The position numbers were made by a program, and so were the translations under genes. Below the pieces are notes generated by a model, which did no database searches, was not told where the DNA came from, and worked only from the letters and a program-made list of their open reading frames with translations. 64,000 bases of DNA from Octopus vulgaris. Its lineage: Eukaryota. Location: NCBI GenBank assembly GCA_951406725.2, contig OX597814.1:124806001-124870000 (forward strand), read 5' to 3'. Shown here piece by piece: positions 52,722 through 64,000 of the stretch. Each line of letters starts with the position of its first letter. Position 1 is the first letter of the stretch.

Positions 52722-53226
52722 CAGTAACTCACAGCTGAGCTCAAACAAGCGATCAATCAGTAGATGACAGTGGCTCATAGCTGATCTCAAACAAGGGATC
52801 AACCAGTGGAAGGCAGTGGCTCATAGCTGTGCTTAAACAAGGGATCAGCCAGTAGAAGACAGAAGCTCATAGCTGAGCTCAAACAAGGGATCAACCAGTG
52901 GAAGGCAGTGGCTCATAGCTGAGCTCAAACAAGGGATCAGCCAGTAAAAGACAGTGGATCATAGCTGTATTTAAACAAGGGATCAGCCAGTAGAAGACAG
53001 TAGCTCACAGCTGAGCTCAAACAAGGGATCAGCCAGTAGAAGACAGTGGATCATAGCTGTGCTTAAACAAGGGATCAGCCAATAGAAAACAGTGGCTCAT
53101 AGTTCTATTTAAAGAAGGGATTAACCAGTAGAAGACAGTAGCTCATAGCTGTGCTTAAACAAGAAGTCAATAAGTAGAAGGCAGTGGCTCATAGCTGTGT
53201 TCAAACAGAGGATCAGTCAGTAGAAA
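52722..53226. repeat. Minisatellite, 11 units of 46 bp
   Basis: Unit approx. CTCATAGCTGWGCTYAAACAAGGGATCAGCCAGTAGAAGACAGTGG starting at 52728, 52774, 52820 ... 53188 with exact 46-bp spacing. Confidence 0.97.
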
Positions 53227-53259
53227 GAAAAATGAACAGTTAAAAGAATCATAAAGAGG

Positions 53260-53560
53260 AAAGGGTGTATAGACCCATAAAGTTGTTTTGTTGAATTTTG
53301 GGAAGCATGGAATTTTTTAAGGATGCAGTGTCCTCATAGCTAACAACCAATAAAAGTAGTTCATTCCATGCTTTGACAATTTTGAGGTTCAAAAGTATTT
53401 CTGAAGGTCATATAGGTACTGAACTACGTTTTGATTTTGTAAACATATCCATGAGTGGTAAACATATTGAGTTAGAAAAAGGTGCTCAAAGTTGTTGGAA
53501 AGATGATGAATAGTCTTGTGGATTTCTACTTAGTCAGCTGCTAGTTGTCAAAAGCTTTTG
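53260..53560 (-). mobile_element. Degenerate CR1-type LINE 3' fragment
   Basis: Reverse complement is colinear with 17280-17545. Confidence 0.7.
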
Positions 53561-53796
53561 AGAACTATTACTTATCATTATTTATTAATCTTACTTCCAT
53601 ATAACAAATTAACGTACATTATGTTTTCCAAATAGATATTTTTATGCATTAAAATAATTCCGTATGTATCTGAGGTTTGTGTCATAAGGGGTGACTTAAA
53701 AGAGATGGTCACAGGAAGGGGATCTGGCTGGAAAACACTGTCTCAGATAACCGCTTCCAAAACTCATGTAAGCATGGAAAGAGAGTACATAAAACA

Positions 53797-53849
<53 letters not shown>

Positions 53850-54695
53850 GGTGGTGGTGGTGGTGGTGGTGGTGGTAGTGGTGGTGGTTGTGGTGGTGGT
53901 AGTGGTGGTGGTTGTGGTGGTGGTGGTGATGAAGGTGATTTGTAAATCATTCATCACCATCAAGATCATCATGATCATGATCATCATTTAGTATCTGCTT
54001 CCCATGCTGGCATGGGTTGGACAGCTTGACTGAAACTGGTAAACTGGAAAGCTGCACCAGGTTCTAATCTGACTAGGCAAGGTTTCTGTGGCTGGATGCC
54101 CTTCCAAACACCAAATTAAATTATATTTTTTTTAAATCAGCAAATAATCCAGCTACCCCTTGTGGTACATTAAGAACCACTGGTCTTAGGATTTAGTAAG
54201 GATACTTACATGAACATGCAATTGAGAAATATGGCAAAGCCATTCTCAGAAGAAGGGTGTTTTCCTGCTACATTGCTTGACAACCAGTGCTGGTTTGTTT
54301 ATGTCCCTGCTACTTAGTATTTTGGACAGAAGAAACCAAAGAATTTTTCAAAAAATAAAAAACAAAGGAACCCTTTGAAGTGATCTTCCTGCATGGTTGC
54401 AATCCAATGATTGAAACAAGTAAAAAACAAAAGATAAAACTATAAGAAACACATAAGGAACATGAGTGGATTAACAAAATTGGTAGTGCATCAGAGGAAA
54501 GGCCTTGTGTTATTACTTCAGGCTTTTGTGTTCTGAGTTCAAATCACATCAAGACGTCATCTTTGCCTTTCATCCCTCCAGGGTCGATAGGATAAAGAAC
54601 TTGCTAAATACTGGGATAGAAAGGTATGGGGCTTAGTGGTTAGTGTTATGCATTCATAATCGCAAGATTATGGTTTCAATTCCTTGAGTAGGCAG

Positions 54696-54865
54696 CACTA
54701 GTGTAGTTAGAGTTTGTGCTGCCTGGGGTAGCACCTCAGTTTGCCACCCCTGGGTACCCACAAAAAATACATATTGCCTACAGCAGGCCTGAAAGTGGTG
54801 TCACCCCTATAAAAGTGTCACATGGGGTGCACTGCCTCCTCCACTCCTTTCTAGCTTTGCTAGTG
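54696..54865. mobile_element. hAT-type MITE nested in a tRNA SINE (about 54623-55030)
   Basis: TIRs CACTAGTGTAGTTAG and CTAGCTTTGCTAGTG; 8-bp TSD GTAGGCAG/GTAGGCAA. Confidence 0.8.
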
Positions 54866-55066
54866 GTAGGCAATGGCTTGTGTTCTTGGAGCAAAGCACT
54901 TCATTTCATGTTGTTTCCAGTCCACTAAACTCTAAATGAGTAACCGTGTGATGGACTGGCATCCCATCCAGGGGGAATGTTGGAAACCAGGAAACTGGCC
55001 GTATGAGTCTTAGAACAGGAGACAATAATGTTCAGGGATCAGTAATGATGATGATGTTGATTGCGG

Positions 55067-55119
<53 letters not shown>

Positions 55120-55174
55120 ATGGTGATGATGGTGATGATGGTGATGATGGTGATGATTATGATGGTGGTGATGG

Positions 55175-55218
<44 letters not shown>

Positions 55219-55858
55219 CTGATGCTGATGATGGTGGTGGTGGTGATGATTATGATGATGAGGAAATATTGGTGTGATTTCCACCAAATTGCAAGTCTTG
55301 TTCTGAAATCAAAACAATTATTAAGGACTATGGATTAAATGTTTGGAAGTATCCAGAGTAAAAAAGTATGACTGGAGTTAAATTGTTTCCCTCTTTCCTC
55401 CCACTGGGTCAATAAAATAAGGAGCAGTAATATATTAGGGTTGATTCAGTAGCTATACATTCCTTCTATGAAATTATGAATTTTTATCGACAAGTTTAAA
55501 AACAGTTCTCCTCCTCCACCTCCTCTTCAGCATCATCATCATAATCAAAATCATCATTGTCATCATTGTCGTCGTTGTCGTCTCATCTTCATCATTCTCA
55601 TCACGATTAGCTTCATTAACATTTCCTCATCATCATTGTCATTATCCTCTTCCTTCTCTTTGTAACTATCAGCATCAACATCACCCCTTCCTTCATCTTC
55701 TCCTTTACCACGACCACGACTACCACAACTACCATCATCATCATAGTTGTCATCAAGTGGTGGTGAGAGTAGATGAGTTAATCTTGGCAATGTTAATCAC
55801 CATTCTAATTACCAGTGCTCCACCATTAAATCAAGCTCTCTTTCTTTGTTTGTCTTAC

Positions 55859-55926
55859 CTGTTCTGATAGCGATAACCATTGGTTGAAAACTGTTGGTGT
55901 GACAAGGCATGTTTTAGTGACTTGTT
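55859..55926 (-). CDS. Candidate internal exon (68 bp) of the unidentified host gene
   Basis: Acceptor CTCTACTGTATTTAG, strong donor CAG|GTAAGA; frame NKSLKHALSHQQFSTNGYRYQN(R) ends in phase 2, matching exon 32959-33058. Confidence 0.5.
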
Positions 55927-58776
55927 CTAAATACAGTAGAGGGCAAATGATGTTGACACCTTTTCCATTTTGCTATTTCAGTCTCTACAATAATTACAAG
56001 CTACAAAGTCAATCAACCCCTCTCAGACTATTCTCTCACCTTAATCTTTGTTAACCTCTTTAGCTAGTATGTCCTTTCCGTTCCATTTCTCTGTCTTATA
56101 ATAATAATAATTCATTAAAAGCAAGTGGCATCAAGCAGTGAGATTACTAAGTTGAGACTGGATTAAAAGTTAATTAAAAGTGCCATCTTCATACTGGCAT
56201 CAAGAATTCTATTAAGAAAGAGTTTGTGAAAGTTAGTGGAATACCTGCTGCTCTTTACAATTAAATAGTTCAGCATTTATTTGTATCATTGCCAGGTTTA
56301 CACTGTGTGTTGATGCAATTAAGATCATGTCAGTAGCCTTCTACTGTTATCTGCTTTCAAACACCACATTAAGACAATTTTCTGTTCAACTCCATTATAT
56401 ATGAGACAATTTCAATTTAAAAGCCCCATAGATGTATTGAAATCTTTTTCATTTATATTTTTCTTACTGATAATCTTTCTAATTTCTTTCTTTCCTTCCT
56501 TTCTTCATTCTTTCTTATTTATTAGTGTATTTATTCCAGCATTATTCTATATCAAAATAGTCCTGAAAACCTATATATATCCTTTCTACAATAGGCGCAA
56601 AGCTTGAAATTTTGGTAGGAGTTAGGTAGTCAAATTCATTGACACCTGTACTCAACAGGTACTTATTTTATTGTGCTCTCCCTCCCAATTGGCTGGAAGG
56701 AAAAGTTGATCTTGGTTGCTTTTACACTTAGAACATAAAGAAGGGCCATATGCTGCTAAGCATTTTGCTCGTGTTAGTGATTCTGGTGACTTGCTGCCTT
56801 CATCCAGAACATACAACAACAACAACAAGCAGCAATAACAACATCAATAATTAATTCGATTATTTGCCACAAGGGCTTACAGAAAATTACATTAAGAGAC
56901 ATACAACATAAAAGACAAAAACAGGACGATACAATGGGTTTTACAACATGTAGACAATACAATAGCAATTAAAATTCAACAATTTAAAACTCCCAATAGG
57001 GGAAGCACATTAAGGACCTCAAGAAAAAAACCCCACTGGTGCCTGAACAATAGGGCAAAGTGCCCTTCTTTTGTTTACAGGTGCACGCTCAGAATTGGTC
57101 CTTTCACACTGGTACAACAACAACAATAATAATAACAATCCTGTCTACTAAAGGCACAAGGCCTGAAATTTGGGGAAGGGGACTTGTTGATTGTATTAAC
57201 CTCAGTGTTTTACTGGTACTTAATCTATGGACTTCGAAAGGATGAAAGGCAAAGTTGACCTTGGCATAATTTGAACTCAGAACATAGTATCAGACAAAAT
57301 AGTTAAGCATTTTACCCAGCGTGCTAACAATCTGACAACTCACTGCCTTGACGACAACAACAACAACAATAATGGTTTCAAATTTTGCCACCAGGGCAAC
57401 AGAAAATGTTTAGTGATATTTCATCTGTCTTCACGTTCTGTGTTCAAATTCCACTGAGGTCAACTTTGCCTTTCATTCTTTTGGGGTCGATAAATTAAGT
57501 ATCTTTTGGGGTCGATAAATTAAGTACCAGTTGCATATTGGGAGGGGGGGGTGTTATCTTATCGACTGGCCCCCTCCCCAAAAGTTTCAGGCCTTGTACC
57601 TACAGTAGAAAAGAATAAGGGGCAGCAAGCTGGCAGAATTGTTAACATGCTGGGCGAAATGTTTAACGGTATTTTTCGTCTTTATGTTCTGTGTTCAAAT
57701 TCCACCGAGGTCGACTTTGCCTTTCATCCTTTTGGAGTCGATAAATTAAGTACCAGTTGCATACTGGTTTCGATCTAATCGACAGGCCCTCTCCCCCAAA
57801 ATTTTGGGCCTTGTGCGTAGAGTAGAAAAGAATGTGCTACCCAGTCCAGGAATTGTATTCATTATTTATGATCAAGAGACCAACTCCCTAACTATTAGGC
57901 TATATTTTTTTTACTACTCACCTTACTAAGGCAATTAAGTGTACAAACTTTTGCAGCTGGCATTTTATGTTGTGAGATATTGATTGAAATATGTAGTTAT
58001 ATTCTTCTACTAGTTTCAGTCATTTGACTGCAGCCATGCTTGAGCACTGCTTTTAGTCAAACAAATCCACCCCAGGGTTTATTCTTTATAAGCCTAGTAC
58101 TTATTCTATCAGTCTCTTTTGCCAAAGAGCTAAGTTACGGGGATGTAAACACACCAACATTGGTTGTCAACAGACACACACAAATATATACATATGTATA
58201 TCAAATTCGATGACTGGCATCCATGCTAGTGGAGCTCTAAGAGTACCATCCAAGTGTGATCATTGCCAGAGCAACAAACTGGCTTCCGTGCTGGTGGCAC
58301 GTAAAAAGCACCATTCAAGCGTGATCTTTACCTGCGTCACATTACTGGCACTTGTGCTGGTGGCACATGAAAAAACATCTGAGCATGGCCGTTGCCAGTT
58401 CCACCTGACTGGTCTTCGAGCCGGTGGCACGTAAAAGCACCCACTACACTCTCGGAGTGGTTGGCATTAGGAAGGGCATTCAACTGTAGAAACTCTGCCA
58501 GATCAGATTGGAGCCTGGTGCAGCCATCTGGTTCACCAGACCTCTGTCAAATCGTCCAAGCCATGCTAGCATGGAAAGTGGACGTTAAACGATGATAATG
58601 ATGATGATGATAGAATGGGCTTCTTTCAGTTTTCACCTACCAAATCCACTCACAACACTTATTATGGCTTTAGGTTTTATATTGTAATCAAGTAATTATC
58701 AAGTAACATAAACATTGCTTTTTGCAATAAAAACAAATTCAGATTTTTGATGCAGGTGACAATGTACACAGTTATG

Positions 58777-58829
<53 letters not shown>

Positions 58830-58851
58830 TCATCATCATCATCATCATCCA

Positions 58852-58899
<48 letters not shown>

Positions 58900-59105
58900 T
58901 ATCATCATCATCATTTAATGTCCATTGTCCATGCAAGCATTGGTTGGACAGTTTGACTGGGCTGGTATGTTGGAAGGCTGTGCCAGGAAAACACTTGCCC
59001 AAGGTGCTATTCAGTGGGACTGAACCAGGAACCATGTGGTTGGTAAGTATGCTTCTTACCACACAGCCACCCCTGCACCTTACCACACAGCCACATCCAG
59101 CGCCT

Positions 59106-59204
59106 AAGTTTTCCAAGCTGTTACCCACTTAAGTACTCACTAGGCTCGATGTTGCTTAACTTCAGTGACTGGATGAGAACCAATTCATTCAACATGATAT
59201 GGCC
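59106..59204 (-). pseudogene. 5S rRNA pseudogene, both ends incomplete
   Basis: Minus strand GGCCATATCATGTTGAA..GGTTCTCATCC..TCACTGAAGTTAAGCAACATCGAGCCT.GT.AGTACTT...TGGGTAAC.GC.TGG follows invertebrate 5S rRNA; many differences are CpG transitions. Confidence 0.88.
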
Positions 59205-59663
59205 AAATTTGTGTAGCAACTATTCATGTATTATTAATGTACTTTACTTACAGTCGTACAGAAAATATGAAATGTTGATCGAGTCAAATGCACTTTCCTG
59301 GCACAAAATTTCAATAAGTAATTAAATTATTCTATTTGAGAAGGACATAAAGAGAAAGAAATTTTTGAAGATTCTTTGAAATTGAAAGAATTTCTTGAAG
59401 CGAGGTCAATTATTTTCAGTCTCAGAGCAGACTTGTTCTCTATGGCAATATTTGCAAAAAAAAAAAAAAAAATTACATACTTTCACTTTTGGCCTCAGGT
59501 TCTATATATTATACAGTTAATTGTCTTAAATAATTACAACCATATTATGGCTTTAGGTTTTATATTGTAATCAAGTAATTATCAAGTAACATAAATATTG
59601 CTTTTTGCAATAAAAACAAATTCAGATTTTTGATGCAGGTGACAATGTACACAGTTATGTATG

Positions 59664-59694
<31 letters not shown>

Positions 59695-60495
59695 CATCAT
59701 CATCATCATCATCCACATCATCATCATCATCATCATCATCATCATTATCATCATCATCATTTAATGTCCATTGTCCATGCAGGCATTGGTTGGACAGTTT
59801 GACTGGGCTGGTATGTTGGAAGGCTGTGCCAGGGTCCAGTCTGACTTGATATAGTTTTTCTACAGCTGGATGCCCTTCCTAATGGCAGCCACTCCGAGAG
59901 TGTAATGAGTGCTTTTATGTGCTACTGGCACTGGTGCCATTTGCTTTACACCGGTATCTGTCACAACTGTTATGTTGCTCGACTTGATAGGTCAACTTCT
60001 CAAGCTTGACATAATGCGAAAGATCTTGGTCATTGCCTCTGTGAAGCCAACACTTAAAAGGAACTCAGTCACTTTGACTCCTTCAGGCTAAAGGAACTCA
60101 GCCACCATGCTTCCATGAGGCCCAATGCTTCAAAGGCACTCAGCCACTTGGCCTCCGTGTTCAAAGATTGACTTTTTTTATGCATCACCAGCACAGGTGC
60201 ACTTGGCTTGATGGGTCCTTTTAAGCACAGCACATTGTCAAAGGTTTCAGTCACTAGTCATTGCTTCTGTGAGATTCAAAGTTCAAAGATCATGTTGCAC
60301 CACCTCGTCCCATGTCTTCCTGGGTCTACCTCTATCACAGGTTCCCCCCACAGTTAGAGATTGACACTTCTTTACACAGCTGTCCTCATCCATATGCATC
60401 ACATGACCATACCAGTGCAGTCATCTCTTTTGCACACCACATCTGATTCCTTTTATGCCTAACTTTTCTCTCAAGATGCTTACACTCTCATGAAC
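59695..60495 (-). mobile_element. Degenerate RTE LINE 3' fragment (ORF2 end, UTR, tail)
   Basis: LREKLGI.GIRCGVQ.R.LHWYGHV..MDEDSCVKKC..L.V.GTC.RGRPRKTWDEVV.HDL plus UTR. Confidence 0.88.
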
Positions 60496-60542
60496 ATGCA
60501 CACATACATATATTTATATATAAATATATATATATATATATA

Positions 60543-60565
60543 TAGATAGATAGATAGATAGATAT

Positions 60566-60611
<46 letters not shown>

Positions 60612-60627
60612 GATAGATAGATAGATT

Positions 60628-60698
<71 letters not shown>

Positions 60699-60747
60699 GG
60701 ACAGACAGATAGATAGATAGATAGAAAGATGGATGGATAGATAGATG

Positions 60748-60798
<51 letters not shown>

Positions 60799-60904
60799 GG
60801 ATGGATAGATAGATATGTTTCTTTATTAGCCACACAAGGCTGCACACAGATAGATATATAGATAGATAGATAGACAGACAGATAGATAGATAGAAAGATG
60901 GATG

Positions 60905-60966
<62 letters not shown>
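60543..60966. repeat. (GATA)n array containing a retroelement 3' tip of about 35 bp (60816-60850, minus strand)
   Basis: Direct reading; insert TGTGCAGCCTTGTGTGGCTAATAAAGAAAC on the minus strand. Confidence 0.93.
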
Positions 60967-60967
<1 letters not shown>

Positions 60968-61803
60968 CCCAGACTAGTTATGTTCAACAAAAAATAAATT
61001 ATTTACCCAAGTTTTAACATCATATCCTTTGAAATAGTTACCTTACACAGCAAGACTGGTCCCAACATTCTTGTCACTTTTGGAATCTAGCCTGGAAGTT
61101 GTTTCCTGTAACTAAGTTGACGACCTTCTATAATTCGCTTTGGATCTTGGTAACAGCTTTAGAACAGTGACCTTTGAGCAGCATTTTCATCTTGGGAGAA
61201 GAGATGCTAAATCTGACAGATGTGGAAGTGATACCATGTTGTTTTGGTGAGAAATTCTTGAGTGAGGAGAGCTTGGTGACGAATCCAGTTCTTTGTGCTC
61301 CACAGATCTGATCGCTTTCATTGAATGCCCTTCCACAAACTCTTCAAAGTATCACAGTAGAATTCTTGAATAATGGTCTGGCCCTGGGGGACAAATCCTT
61401 GATGCACAATACTACATTTCCATGGAGGACACTCATGGCAGGTCTTCCAGATTGCTCATTGCCTTCAAGGGATGTTCTGTTGTTTTTGAAGCATGTATGC
61501 CATTCGAAACATTATGTATGTCTCATTGTCTCATCGCTGTGAGCTTGGTAGAGCATGCTCAGTGTCTCTGTTACAGACTTCTCAAGTTTAACACAAAATT
61601 CCATGCTAGCTCTTTGTTTCTTTCTATGACAAAATCACAGACAACGACATATATGTGATCACAAAAACAAATTTCACAACTTATGAAGTAAACACAGCGA
61701 TGTCACTTGGCACACTGCTTCATGAAGGTCACTGCAAGCTCTCACTGTGCATGCAACCATGTGCTGCCACCTGTTGGTACACTGCAGAACTAGTCTGGGA
61801 ACT
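60967..61803 (-). mobile_element. Internally deleted mariner transposon (transposase pseudogene)
   Basis: QRASMEFCVKLEKS.TETLSML.QA..DE.M....CFEW...FK..RTSLE..E.SGRP; IVHQ.FVPQGQTI..EFYC..L; PKMK..LKG; GNYF.G; partial TIR TCCCAGACTAGTT at both ends. Confidence 0.9.
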
Positions 61804-61869
61804 TGCACACCACATCTGATTCCTCTTATGCCTAACTTTTTTGTCAAGATGCTTACACTCTGGTCAACA

Positions 61870-61905
<36 letters not shown>

Positions 61906-62533
61906 TAGATAGATGGCTAGATAGATAGTAAAATGAGGTTGATGAAATCGATTTACTTCCCTCCCATCCCCGATTCTGCTGACCTGGTGCCAACATTTGA
62001 AACCAATATTTTAACTTCTATCTTAGCACAAACTGGGTCTATCACAGTTTTACTACCATTTGTCTTGAACATTCTGTTATGTATTCCCAAGCATCCTGGT
62101 ATTTGACTATCATCTTTGCTTTCCATTTCTTGCTCAGCCTCTCTCTCTTCTTCTACAGGTTGTTCTCCATTTACATCATTTGCTACTTCACCATCTCCCA
62201 CTTAATACCCACTCTTATATTATCTGATTAACTTAGAAGAACTCTTGAAGTATAGAAGCCATAGATTTGGTTGATAACTTCAATTTCAAGTAGACATTAT
62301 TTAACCCATGGTATCTGACTGAGAACAATTATGCTCAATATACATTCTACCTATGGATACAAAGTAGTGGCTTATGGGCACAGGTGTGGCTGTGTGGTTG
62401 AGAAGTTTGTTTCTAAACCACACAGTTTTTAATTCAGTCTCACTGGCATCTTAGGCAAGTGTGTCCTACTAAAGTTCAGAGCCAACATAATCCTTGTGAG
62501 TGGATTCAGCAGAGACCTCTCACTACCTACCTT

Positions 62534-62534
<1 letters not shown>

Positions 62535-62606
<72 letters not shown>
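62535..62606. repeat. (CTAT)n microsatellite
   Basis: Direct reading. Confidence 0.97.
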
Positions 62607-62607
<1 letters not shown>

Positions 62608-64000
62608 AACTGTCTGACAGGTTCCGACTAGACCACCCGAATGCGCCAACGTGGACATGGAGCAACCGCATCGGGTCGTCGAGATCGTATCTAGATAGGA
62701 TACTGTGTAGGACAGTAGATAGAGATAGCATAGGATGTCCACAATTCCACATAGTCAGCTACACGGATCACAAACTTGTGACATGTACGCTAGACTTAGG
62801 TAAGACACTTAGGCAGGGTCCCGGATACTGGAAACTAAACGCGTCTTTCCCATCGAGACAGGTTTTCAGAGACCGGATTAGCACACTAGTAAAGAGGGCT
62901 TTGACGGGAGCCATCATCAACAACAAATGGTGGTTTGCTCTCAAGAGAGCAGTAAAAGCAGAAGCGATTAGGTACAGCAAAGCACTAGCCATAGATAGAA
63001 ATAGAGTAGAGGGTGAGCTAGTTAAGAAGCTAGAAGAGGCAATTAGAAGCGGCATTGCATCCGACGTTTTGGCGGCGAGGTTGGCCCTCGACCAACACTT
63101 CAACGCCAAACACGAAGGATGTGCTGCCAGAGCTAGGATGCGTGCTCTAAGGAACGAAGGTGCTGGAGCCGCGAGAGAGGCCCGGGTGGCAGAGGCGCAA
63201 CAGGGCAACAAAGCCACCATTCGGTCACTGGTAGATGAACAGGGGCGCGAATTGCTCGAGCCAAGTAAAATGTGTGAGGCCTTTCAGCAGCATTTTGCCC
63301 GACTGTTCGGAACGAGTGGAGGGCAAGAACGTAGGGTGGACTTCAGTGCCTACCTACATAGCCTACCACGACTCTCGACAAGAAAGGCAGGGTGCTGCGA
63401 AGGTGCCATCACGGCGGCGGAAGTGCGGGAAGCGATGGCAGAATGCTCGAGGGACAAATCACCGGGTTTGGATGGTCTACCCTACGAGCTTTACAATTGT
63501 ATGCCAGACTTGTTTGGAGATCTCTTGGCGGCGGTGTACTGCAACTGGCAGCAAAACGGGAGCATTCCTGGTTTTGTGAGCCGAGGAGCCGTAACACTGC
63601 TGAAGAAAGATCTAAACAAGGGAAATGTAATAGATAACTTTAGGCCCATCACTCTGCTTAATGCAGACTTGAAAATTTTGGCCAAGGTGTTAGCCAAGAG
63701 GTTGGCGCTTGTCATCGAGAAACTGGTCGACAAGGCGCAAACATGCGCTGTGCCAGGCCGGACCATCCATGACAACCTCCATCTGATGCGCTACATCATA
63801 GACAGGGTAGTTAACGAACCTGGCATGGGTGGGGCCCTGATCAACTTGGATCAATCGAAAGCCTTTGATAGGGTAGACCATCGATACTTGGAGGCAGTCC
63901 TGAGAGCGGCTGGTTTCGGTCCCGTCTTCCGCGGCTGGATAGCTGCCTTGTACAGAGGCATCCGTTCGGTAATTCGCGTAAATGGATATCTATCGAGACC
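62607..64000 (+). mobile_element. Young 5'-truncated Tx1/L1-clade LINE; uninterrupted ORF2 (end of APE endonuclease, linker, start of RT) running off the window
   Basis: Manual translation with no stop: DRFR..HP..PTWTW..SYLDRI..YTDHKLV..GPGYWKLN..KSPGLDGLPYELY..NFRPITLLNADLKILAKVLAKRL..Q...VPGRTIHDNL..LDQSKAFDRVDHRYL..GFG..F..WI..LY. It is absent from the ORF track, presumably because it has no stop inside the window. Confidence 0.96.

Noticed and set aside
52722-53226. CRISPR-like or tRNA-like regular array
   Set aside because: No unique spacers, no cas genes, eukaryotic context; A/B-box-like words are too close together for a tRNA.
56100-56400. TAAT/ATTA-rich non-repeat stretch suggestive of an enhancer
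   Set aside because: Such motifs are expected in AT-rich DNA; no support without conservation data.
61953-62201. 82-aa acidic minus-strand ORF
   Set aside because: Weak splice signals, runs into a SINE remnant, no recognisable motif.
62768-63881. Short ORFs listed in the track on both strands
   Set aside because: Shadow frames of the GC-rich Tx1 ORF2.

Overview
AT-rich, microsatellite-dense eukaryotic (animal) DNA. The repeat repertoire (tRNA-derived CORE- and Nin/Deu-type SINEs, RTE LINEs with (GAT)n tails, abundant (TA)n/(ATC)n/(GATA)n arrays) strongly resembles an octopod cephalopod genome; this is inferred from repeat families, not from a database search. Nearly all ORFs in the supplied track are microsatellite or repeat artefacts. 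The real content is: (1) four short candidate exons of an unidentified minus-strand host gene spread over about 47 kb; (2) mobile elements: RTE, CR1-type, R4/Dong, Penelope-like (GIY-YIG) and Tx1/L1 retrotransposons (including an uninterrupted Tx1 ORF2 running off the right edge and an ORF1-only, HAL1-like element lying inside a Helitron), Tc1 and mariner transposons and two hAT-type MITEs; (3) a 5S rRNA pseudogene abutting a SINE head; (4) degenerate hammerhead-ribozyme motifs and fold-back hairpins typical of Penelope ends; (5) local rearrangements, including an inverted duplication with arms of about 570-590 bp and a templated insertion. Different retroelement families sit in different microsatellite motifs. 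No prokaryotic genes, CRISPR arrays or intact tRNA/rRNA genes were seen. Repeat boundaries were read by eye and may be off by several bases.
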